Shown here in pieces: positions 15,356-27,000 of a stretch of 32,000 nucleotides of DNA. Below the pieces are notes generated by a model, which was not told the origin of the DNA, did no database searches, and saw only the letters and a list, made by a program, of their open reading frames with translations. The stretch lies in contig CP060232.1 of assembly GCA_023898645.1 (NCBI GenBank), positions 390,001-422,000 on the forward strand, given 5' to 3'. Source of the stretch: Candidatus Saccharimonadota bacterium. GTDB lineage: Bacteria > Patescibacteriota > Saccharimonadia > Saccharimonadales > Saccharimonadaceae. The stretch's first letter is position 1, and every line of letters begins with the position of its first letter. Both the position numbers and the translations under genes were made by a program.

Positions 15356-15925
15356 ATGACTGCACTCTGGGTTATTGTCGGTATTATCGTTGTTGTTCTA
15401 CTGTTTTTATGGGCTACGTATAACGGCCTCGTTACATTAAAGGTTCGCGTTGACGAAGCTTGGAGCGACATCACCGTTCAGCTTAAGCGTCGCGCTGACT
15501 TGATTCCTAATCTTGTTAATACTGTTAAGGGCTATGCTAAGCATGAAAAGACCGTCTTTGAGGACGTCACAGAAGCACGCTCGGCTGTTGTGAGTGCTGG
15601 CTCACCCAAGGAAGCGGCGAAGGCTGACAACATGCTGACAGACGCTCTGAAGAGCGTATTCGCCGTTGCTGAAGCGTATCCGGATTTGAAAGCTAGTCAA
15701 AACTTTTCTGAACTACAGCAGGAACTTGTCGATACAGAAGATAAAATTCAGGCTGCTCGCCGTTTTTACAACTCGGGCGTGCGTGATTTTAATACGAAGG
15801 TTCAGGTATTCCCTAACAATGTATTTGCTGGCATGCTTGGCTTTACTCCACGAGAATTTTTCGAGCTAGATGACAAAGAAAAAGAAAAGGCCGAGAAGCC
15901 TGTCGATGTTAATTTCGACAAGTAG
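15356..15925 (+). CDS. lemA: LemA family membrane protein
   Basis: An N-terminal TM helix is followed by YNGLVTLKVRVDEAWSDITVQLKRRADLIPNLV...ARRFYN, the canonical LemA sequence pattern. Confidence 0.9.
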   Translation: MTALWVIVGIIVVVLLFLWATYNGLVTLKVRVDEAWSDITVQLKRRADLIPNLVNTVKGYAKHEKTVFEDVTEARSAVVSAGSPKEAAKADNMLTDALKSVFAVAEAYPDLKASQNFSELQQELVDTEDKIQAARRFYNSGVRDFNTKVQVFPNNVFAGMLGFTPREFFELDDKEKEKAEKPVDVNFDK

Positions 15926-15943
15926 ACATTCTAGGAGCTGCTG

Positions 15944-16821
15944 ATGTACGGAGCAATTGCCGCCAATAAGCGAAACACTGTCATTATCATGGCAGCGTTT
16001 GTTGGTTTGATCAGCGCTTTGGGCTATGCGGTCAGTTTATATTACGGCCAAACATCAATCACGTATTGGGTAATTGCAGGCGCTGCCGTCTATGCATTGA
16101 TACAGTACTTTGCTGCCAGTAAATTAGCCATCATGTCGACCGGAGCACGTGAAATAGAGAAGCGCGATAACCCGCGTCTGTACCGAATTGTTGAAAATCT
16201 GGCCATTACCATCGGTATACCAACGCCGAAAGTATATATTATCGATGACCCGGCGCCCAACGCTTTTGCAACAGGCCGCGATCCGAAGCACTCAGTCGTC
16301 GCAGCGACGACGGGTATTTTGGATATTATGAACGATCGTGAACTCGAAGCTGTTATGGCGCACGAAATGGGACATGTACAAAACTATGACATTCGCGTTA
16401 GCATGATTGCCTTTGGGCTGGTCAGCGCGATTGGCTTTTTATCAGACATTGCGCTGAGGATGTTTTTTTTCGGTGGTAATGACCGTGATCGACAAGTAAG
16501 TCCTATTGTTTTAGCAGTTGGTATAGTTGTAATCATATTGGCGCCAATTATGGCCGCATTGATTCAAATGGCAGTAAGTCGTCAGCGTGAATATCTAGCA
16601 GACGCCACCGGAGCATTGACCACGCGCGACCCAGAGGGACTTGCTAGTGCACTAGAAAAGCTTGAGAAAAATAGCCGGCCTATGCAGCGTCAAAGTACGG
16701 CGACAGCCCATCTATTTTTTAATAATCCATTAAAACCCGGTGCGATTGCGGGACTATTCAGTACTCATCCGCCACTTGCAGACAGGGTGGCTCGGTTGCG
16801 AAATACGAAAGGCAAGTTCTA

Positions 16822-16822
<1 letters not shown>
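15944..16822 (+). CDS. htpX: M48-family zinc metalloprotease HtpX
   Basis: It has four TM segments, the HEMGH zinc motif (AVMAHEMGHVQNYD), the downstream REYLAD glutamate region and a C-terminal STHPPLADRV. Shine-Dalgarno AGGAG lies upstream. Confidence 0.9.
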
Positions 16823-19939
<3,117 letters not shown>

Positions 19940-19952
19940 GCCGTGATACAAT

Positions 19953-20681
19953 ATGCTTATGGATAAGCATATAGCAATTACTGCAGACGGTTTAATCGTA
20001 CAGAAAGACAGAAAAACCATACTCGACAAATTAACCTTTGAAGTACCCCGAGGTTCAATTACGGGCTTGATCGGTCCAAGCGGAAGCGGTAAAACAACAT
20101 TGATGCGAACGATTGTTGGCGTACAAAAATCAACCAAAGGTGACCTGATGGTACTTGGTCAGGACGCCGGTAGCCGTAAATTACGCAGTTCCATCGGTTA
20201 CGTCACACAGAGTCCAGCCGTGTACGGCGATTTAACGGTGTTGCAAAACCTTTATTATTTCGGTGCACTAGCGCACGCGAGTCATAAGCAAATAGATCAG
20301 ATTATTAAGAACGTACGATTGAAAGATCAACGCAATCAGATTGTCGATAGTTTGTCTGGCGGACAGCGCGCGCGCGTAAGTCTGGCGGTCGCTCTCCTTG
20401 GTGACCCTGACCTATATATATTTGACGAACCGACTGTAGGTTTGGACCCGGTTTTGCGCAACGAGCTATGGAACATGTTTAAGCAGATGGCGGTTGCGGG
20501 TAAGACGTTACTTATTTCGAGTCATGTCATGGACGAAGCCGACCGATGTGAAAATTTAATGTTGCTTCGTGACGGCAAGCTCCTTTGGAATGATACCCGC
20601 GAGGCTTTGCTTCATAAAACCAAGAAAGACTCTGTCGGAGATGCGTTTATTGCCATGATTGAGCGAAGGGAGAACGACTGA
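19953..20681 (+). CDS. ABC transporter ATP-binding protein (ABC-2/DrrA-like exporter subunit)
   Basis: It has Walker A GPSGSGKTT, the signature LSGGQRARV and Walker B LYIFDEPTVGLD. Confidence 0.9.
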   Translation: MLMDKHIAITADGLIVQKDRKTILDKLTFEVPRGSITGLIGPSGSGKTTLMRTIVGVQKSTKGDLMVLGQDAGSRKLRSSIGYVTQSPAVYGDLTVLQNLYYFGALAHASHKQIDQIIKNVRLKDQRNQIVDSLSGGQRARVSLAVALLGDPDLYIFDEPTVGLDPVLRNELWNMFKQMAVAGKTLLISSHVMDEADRCENLMLLRDGKLLWNDTREALLHKTKKDSVGDAFIAMIERREND

Positions 20682-21421
20682 TGTACCACGTTAAAGCGAC
20701 ATTTGCGACAACGTTACGAATTTTACGCCAGCTTTCTCATGATCGTCGGACAATAGCGCTCATATTCCTCGTTCCTTGTATTTTGTTGGGGATATTGCGC
20801 TGGCTATACGATGGCAACCTAATGATATTTGATCAAATTGCACCTGCGCTATTGGGCATTTTCCCATTTGTCATCATGTTTATTATCACGTCGATTACGA
20901 CATTACGTGAGCGAACAGGTGGTACCATGGAGCGCTTGATGGTTTCGTCTATTGGCAAGTTGGATCTCGTGCTTGGTTACGTGTTTGCGTTTGGTCTTCT
21001 TGCTGCCGTCCAGGCGCTACTTGCAAGTACGTTAGTATTGTATGGTCTTGGGCTGGACATTGCTGGTCCGCACTGGTTCTTAATCGTAATGGCTATGGTT
21101 GACGCACTACTTGGGACTGCGCTCGGTGTATTTGTCAGCGCATTTGCAAAGACAGAATTTCAGGCAATTCAGTTCATGCCAGCATTGATACTCCCTCAGT
21201 TCCTTATATGCGGGCTACTTATGCCTCTGGATAAGATGCCAAGCTTACTCGAGACTATTGCTTACTTTTTGCCACTGACGTACGCAGTTGATGCGCTCAA
21301 CACGGTCGTTCATAATGTCGATATTACTAATGACGCCTGGCGTGACCTTTGGGTCGTCGCGGCCTTTGCTGTTGGTGCGATTTTGCTTGGCGCGTTGACT
21401 CTTCGTCGTCGGACGAAATAG
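20681..21421 (+). CDS. ABC-2 type transporter permease
   Basis: A TGATG overlap couples it to the ATPase gene. It has six TM helices and the size and position typical of ABC-2 permeases. Confidence 0.8.
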   Translation: MYHVKATFATTLRILRQLSHDRRTIALIFLVPCILLGILRWLYDGNLMIFDQIAPALLGIFPFVIMFIITSITTLRERTGGTMERLMVSSIGKLDLVLGYVFAFGLLAAVQALLASTLVLYGLGLDIAGPHWFLIVMAMVDALLGTALGVFVSAFAKTEFQAIQFMPALILPQFLICGLLMPLDKMPSLLETIAYFLPLTYAVDALNTVVHNVDITNDAWRDLWVVAAFAVGAILLGALTLRRRTK

Positions 21422-21438
21422 TTTAGTATACTAGGACT

Positions 21439-21795
21439 ATGCGCAGGCGTATAAAGAAAACCTTTGTTGGGATAATAGGCGGTCTTGTTGTAATCGTAGG
21501 TATTATTTTGATTCCTTATCCGGGTCCCGGCTGGTTAGTGGTGTTTACTGGTCTCGGAATATTATCGACAGAATATGATTTTGCTAGACGATGGTTGACG
21601 TATGGTCGTGCGAAATATGATGCCTGGAATGTCTGGACGGGAAAACAGAGTTTCATAGTCAAGGCGCTCATATGGTTGTCGACTGCCGCCGTCGTTGTTG
21701 CGACTATATGGCTAGTAAATGGCTACGGTATACTCAATCATTTGCTAGGGTTGGGCTGGAACTGGCTAAACTCACCACTGCTGATTTTTCGATAA
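21439..21795 (+). CDS. PGPGW-motif small membrane protein (TIGR02611-like)
   Basis: ILIPYPGPGWLVVFTGLGILSTEYDFARRWL carries the eponymous PGPGW motif. It has 3-4 TM helices. Confidence 0.7.
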   Translation: MRRRIKKTFVGIIGGLVVIVGIILIPYPGPGWLVVFTGLGILSTEYDFARRWLTYGRAKYDAWNVWTGKQSFIVKALIWLSTAAVVVATIWLVNGYGILNHLLGLGWNWLNSPLLIFR

Positions 21796-21813
21796 TAACT
21801 GTAGTAATGAAAA

Positions 21814-21845
21814 ATGGCCTAGGTGAGTTTCCTCGCCTAGGCCAT
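21814..21845. terminator. 14-bp hairpin between convergent genes (bidirectional terminator candidate)
   Basis: The stem is atggcctaggtgag/ctcgcctaggccat (one G-U pair) with loop tttc. An A-run on the left gives a T-run for the minus-strand monooxygenase transcript. Confidence 0.7.
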
Positions 21846-21857
21846 CCTGCTGTGAAG

Positions 21858-23369
21858 TTATTTGGTGGTTGCGACTTTTTTGCCGCGTCCGAAGAAGATG
21901 TACTCCCTCGAATCCAGTTTGCGCACAGCGCGTCGATACGCACCGGTGTGGCCAGGCCACAACACGCGGTTTTTGCCATGTTCGTCGAAGTACCAGCTTG
22001 TACAACCGCCAGTATTCTGAACGGTATGGTCAAGCTCGTGCTGCACCCAGTCGTTGTAAGCGGCTTGCGCATTTTTGGTGGGTGACAGTGCCGCTGCTTT
22101 TCGCTTGTCGACCGCTCTAATTGCCTGGACGACGTAATCGATCTGAGCTTCGATCATGATGACGACCGAGTTGTGCCCCAGACCAGTGTTCGGGCCGAGT
22201 AGGAAAAACAGATTAGGCATATCCGCAACGGTGATACCCCGATGCGCGTCCATGCCAGTCTTATTCCACATATCGACCAGATTATTACCGCCGCCGCCGA
22301 CAATCGTCCCCATGTAGCGGTATGAATCCGCAACGTGGAATCCGGTAGCCCAGACGATGATGTCGACCTCGTGCAACGTTTCTTTGCCGGCATTGTCTTT
22401 GGTGATGATGCCGTTTTCGGTAACGCTGACGATTGAATCAGTGGTTACATCCGCCTTCGGACTGTTGAGGGCCTCATAGAAGCCAACGGCAAATCCGATT
22501 CGTTTGCATCCGGCTGAGTAGCTCGGCGTAAGCTTGCGACGTAATTCTGGGTCGGAAATTTTCCGATTGATGTCGCGTTTCCCTAGGAACTCGATAACCT
22601 TTAGCAACTGCAGATGCTTGGTCATGCCTTCACCGATGGACTCTTGCCACAGGTGAATGCCGAGACGGGTTGCCATGCGAGTGCCGGGAATCCATTTGAA
22701 ACCAAGTTGCGCCAGTCGCGGAATCTTCCAGTCGGGTCGAGTGACGACCCAGGCGGGAGTACGCTGGAACAATGTAAGCTTATCGACTTTGTCGATGATG
22801 CCCGGTACCACTTGAATTGCACTTGCGCCAGTACCGACAACAGCGACACGCTTACCTTCGAGGCTAACGCTACTGTCCCATTCCGCAGTATGAAACTGGG
22901 CTCCCTGGAACGATTGACGTCCAGGAATGTCAGGAACTGACGGAACATGCAGAGCGCCTACGCCCGAAACGACGAACTGTGCGACATACTCACGGTCATC
23001 TTCGGTAGAGACGTGCCAGCGGAACTCGGCCTCATTCCACACGACTTGTACGACCTTCGATCCAAACACAGTATGTTCACGCAGGCGGTGCTTGTCGGCT
23101 ACGGATACCAGATACTTCTGGATTTCCGCGCCAGGAGCCCACATGCGAGACCAGTTGGGATTCGGTTCGAAGGAAAACGAGTAGAGGTGGGCGGGAACGT
23201 CGCAGGCGATGCCCGGGTAGACGTTGTCTCGCCAGGTACCTCCGAATTCGTGTGCTTTCTCAAGAATTACGAAATCGTTGATGCCGGCTTTTTGCAGCTT
23301 GATGCCCATACCGATACCAGAAAACCCGGTGCCAATGATTAGCACACGTGTTTCGACTATTGTTGACAT
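21858..23369 (-). CDS. type I Baeyer-Villiger / flavin-containing monooxygenase (EthA-like, class B flavoprotein)
   Basis: The FAD fold is IIGTGFSGIG, followed by FGGTW. The BVMO fingerprint FxGxxxHxxxW[PD] is present as FQGAQFHTAEWD. A second dinucleotide fold is VAVVGTGASAIQ. Confidence 0.85.
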   Translation of the reverse strand: MSTIVETRVLIIGTGFSGIGMGIKLQKAGINDFVILEKAHEFGGTWRDNVYPGIACDVPAHLYSFSFEPNPNWSRMWAPGAEIQKYLVSVADKHRLREHTVFGSKVVQVVWNEAEFRWHVSTEDDREYVAQFVVSGVGALHVPSVPDIPGRQSFQGAQFHTAEWDSSVSLEGKRVAVVGTGASAIQVVPGIIDKVDKLTLFQRTPAWVVTRPDWKIPRLAQLGFKWIPGTRMATRLGIHLWQESIGEGMTKHLQLLKVIEFLGKRDINRKISDPELRRKLTPSYSAGCKRIGFAVGFYEALNSPKADVTTDSIVSVTENGIITKDNAGKETLHEVDIIVWATGFHVADSYRYMGTIVGGGGNNLVDMWNKTGMDAHRGITVADMPNLFFLLGPNTGLGHNSVVIMIEAQIDYVVQAIRAVDKRKAAALSPTKNAQAAYNDWVQHELDHTVQNTGGCTSWYFDEHGKNRVLWPGHTGAYRRAVRKLDSREYIFFGRGKKVATTK

Positions 23370-23456
23370 TAGGAACTCCTCACATTGGGCATGCTGTTAA
23401 GCGCGCCAGAAACAGGATGTGGGAATTATGACATCTTTTATGAGTAATTGTCAATT

Positions 23457-23490
23457 AAAATATCCCGCCAAATTGACGGGATATTTTTTT
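23457..23490. terminator. hairpin terminator downstream of the RRM gene (usable on both strands)
   Basis: The stem is atatcccg/cgggatat (8 bp) with a 9-nt loop. It is flanked by AAAA on the left and TTTTTTT on the right. Confidence 0.7.
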
Positions 23491-23502
23491 AGTGTGAACG
23501 AT

Positions 23503-23757
23503 TTAGTTCTTTGGGCGCGCGATACTTACGTTAATCGGGCGGCCATCGAGTTCTTTACCGTTTAGTTGGTCGACTGCCTTTTGGTTGTCATCGTCGTTTT
23601 CAAATTCGACGAATCCAAATCCTCGGCTGCGGCCTGATTCGCGGTCCATGATGACACGGGCGCTGACAACTGCACCGATTTGCTCAAAATGAGCTTTCAG
23701 GCTGTCATCAGTCGTTGCGAATGCAAGGCTACCAACAAACAAATTCTGTGATGCCAT
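23503..23757 (-). CDS. RRM-type RNA-binding protein (84 aa)
   Basis: RNP-2 is NLFVGSL and RNP-1 is RGFGFVEF, with canonical RRM spacing. There is no Gly-rich tail. Confidence 0.9.
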   Translation of the reverse strand: MASQNLFVGSLAFATTDDSLKAHFEQIGAVVSARVIMDRESGRSRGFGFVEFENDDDNQKAVDQLNGKELDGRPINVSIARPKN

Positions 23758-24002
23758 GTAACTGTGATTCTCTTCTATGTACTAATAATTTCAGATCGAC
23801 CGATTGCTACTACCAGAGTTCCATAGGAATCACTATTAGACGCATGCTTCTGAACAACTTTATTAAAGCATACTTAGAAAGGAAATACTAGTAAATAATT
23901 AATGATCTAAGCAATCTTCGGGGGTTGTCGTAGTCAGTGGTGCCGGGCTAGATTAGCGACAGTGTCTCCTTGATTGGCATAACCGAAGTAAAAGATCATC
24001 GG

Positions 24003-27000
24003 CTAGAAGTAGGTGGTGATGACAACACAGCCATCTGCGCCTTTGCCGCCCGCACCAGAGTTGTATCCGTTGTCAGACGCCCCACCGCCACCGCCACCTG
24101 CGTTGTGGTTGGTTGCGTCACCTCCGTTGCCGCCGTTAGTCGCGGTCTTATACGCCCCACCGCCACCGCCAATCCCTGGCAGGCCAGGTATGACCGGATA
24201 GTAAGAGGTGTTGGTAGTAGCATCCATTGTCGAGGTGCCGTTGCCTGGGGAGACGAAAGTGCCAGACAGGCTGCGTACAGCGAAGATCGACGCTGCACCG
24301 CCTCCAGCCGCCGATGATGTAGAGCTCGCCGCCGCCCCGCCACCGCCGCCGCCGCCACCGCCAACGTAGGTCGCGTTCGAGCCTATGCTCCCGTTGCTAT
24401 TGTTACCCGCTCCACCGGCACCGCCTGCAAACTGGGTGTTGACGGCACCTCCGCCACCTGCGACAGTTGTTCCAGTACTACCACCCAGCCCGCCGTAACC
24501 CGGATTGGCGTTAAAGTTGAGCGTGGATATATACGAAATTTCGAGGTTGCTAACGCGAGTTGAGTGATAACTTCTTCCACCGACCATTCCGTCCGTGTCA
24601 TCCGTAGTGACGGGCAGACCACCGTAGGCTCCGGCGGGGACACTGACGAACATCGCGGTGTCGGGCACATCCGACGCAGGAACAGTGACTTCTTGCCACC
24701 CCCCGCCACCGCCACCACCGCCGCCGGTACGGTTTGACGTGGTGGCTCGCCTCGCACCAGAACCGCCACCACCGCCTGGACCGCATAATGTGAACTTCAC
24801 TGAAACAGCGCCAGACGGCTTCGTCCACGTCTGGAGTTTAAATACGTTTCCGTAGGGCCGCACGGTTGCAGGAGCTATATCAGCGGTGCTTCTGGCAAAA
24901 GTAAACGTGGTGGCTGTTGGAATCGAGGTGATAGTCACCGAGGTAACTAGGTTTAACTCGATTGCAGAATCAATGCCGTTAATCCAAACCTTGTCGCCAA
25001 CCTGATAGCCGTGTGCCGTGAGCGTAGTAAGAGTCACTACGTTTGAGGACACTTGCTTATCGGTGACGTAGTTCGCGCCCAGCGGGGTGAATACATCGAC
25101 CTGGGCTTGCTTAGCAATCCCAGCGGGGGTGCCCGTAATCGTAGGACTCACCAACGTCTTGTTCGATAGTGACTGTGTGCCGGTGGTGGTTACTACATCT
25201 ACGCCGTTGGCCTGTACAGTGCCAGTACCCTTCGTCTTCAGGTTTAAACTAACGTTATCGTCACCAACCCCCGTCGAGGAAGTAGCAGTAATATATGGAG
25301 CCTGTCCTAGCGCAGCAGATGCTCCGATTAAATAATTGGGGCCGAGAGGATAGATTGTCATTCCCGGCGTACCAGCTGTGTTCGACAAACCAATCGGACT
25401 GCTGCCCTTTGATTTTAGACCCAGCGAAACATCGGTTGCACCAAATAGGCTATTCGCAAAAAGATTGGTCGCACTGGCCGTTCGATTAATCTGCAAATGG
25501 GCGAGAGACGCTCCGTTTGACTCTAAGTATATGGCCGTGCCCCCATCCTCTGCTGCAATCTGCCGAACCTTCGGAGTGGTGAGCGTCTTATTAGTAAGGG
25601 TCTGAGCGCCACTTGTTGTAACTACCTCAACACCGTTAGCCTGAACAACTCCGGTACCTTTGGGGAGTAGATTGAGATTGTGATTTGCATCTTGACCGTC
25701 TGCTTTGATTGTTGGTGTTTGGCCGGTGGTTACATAGAACATCAGACTGCCCGAACCTTTGGGGTTGATCTGCAAGTCGATATTAGAATCTGCTCCGTCA
25801 ACTAGCAGATATGGATTAAGTCCCGTTCCCCTATTGGCGAGGCGTAAGTAGTTGACCGCACTAGGATAAGTGGCAAGAGACAGTAGCGTGTTGCCACTGG
25901 TATCAAGAATTGAGGTTCCGATTTTTGGACTAACGAGAGTTTTGTTGGTAAAGGTTTGAGAATCACTGATAGTTGCCGCATCGACACTATTAATTTTTAC
26001 AGTACCAGTGCCTTTGGTAGTTATATTGAGGTTTTTATTGGTATCATCCCCAATCGCAGCAATGGTTGGTGTACCGCCAGTTGTAGCATATACCGATAGT
26101 TTGCCAGTTGCAGATACGACACCGTCGGAAGAGACGTTATTTACCGTTCCGGTAGGAGTTGCTGATTGCCAAGTTGCACCGTCATTGTAGACCGGCAATG
26201 AAGCGCCGTTGCCACAAAATCGGCTTAATTCGTATATAGCATATTGGCCATAGTTTGTTGGCTTTCGCATCCAGAGCTCTGCGTCTGACGTCCATCCTCC
26301 GGAGATCACTTTGAACGCATCTGCGGGGAAGTTGTACTGAGGCGCCATAGAGTCGGTGCAAGATAGTATCTTTACTCCAACTGCAGGGTTAGTGCCGGAA
26401 TGTGAGCGCAAGAATGCTAGAATTGTCGCCGAAGCACCGTACGCGCCGTATCCAGCAACGACTTGCAGTACAACCTGAACATCGCGATATACTCCGCTAC
26501 CCGTTGAAAATGTAGCAATCTTTGTCCATGTATTCGGTCCATCTTCTGGGCCTGTAGAGCCGTATACTGTAGTAACCACAAGTCGAGACGCGTCTGGGAG
26601 GGACGAGGCGGGAATATTAGTAATGGTGTTGTTTGACCCAGAAATTGTCTTATTTGTGAGGGTTTGTGTGCCCGAAACAGTCAGGACGTCTACTCCATTG
26701 GCCCTTACAGTACCTGTGCCTTGCGTCGTGAGGTTTAGGTTTGTATTTGGCGCCGTAGAAGTAGCACTAATAGCCATTTCGGTCTGTCCGGTCTCGCCGT
26801 ACAGACGCAGAGGGCCCGAGCCCTTTGGAATAAGCGTTACACCAATATTGGCATCGGCGCCAACGGTTTGAATCAACGGATACGCTCCAGTATATCTATT
26901 TGTTATCTGCAAATAATTGACGGCGTTCGCAGCAGGAGACAGCGACAGGATTGTGTTATTATTTGTATCTTTGATTGTACTTACTTTGGGATCGGTCAAC

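Noticed and set aside
21672-23342. Multiple ORFs of 77-137 aa on both strands overlapping the monooxygenase gene (for example 21672-22085 +, 21734-22072 -, 22614-22940 +, 22947-23342 +).
   Set aside because: All are nested in or antisense to a full-length, motif-complete BVMO gene in a GC-rich stretch, where long spurious ORFs are expected.
24013-24855. Pro-rich plus-strand ORFs (24013-24201 and 24658-24855), and minus-strand out-of-frame ORFs (23996-24364, 24383-24772, 24598-24828).
   Set aside because: They are mirror or offset readings of the GGN-rich coding strand of the 1115-aa gene, since poly-Gly reads as poly-Pro in antisense. They have no independent start signals.
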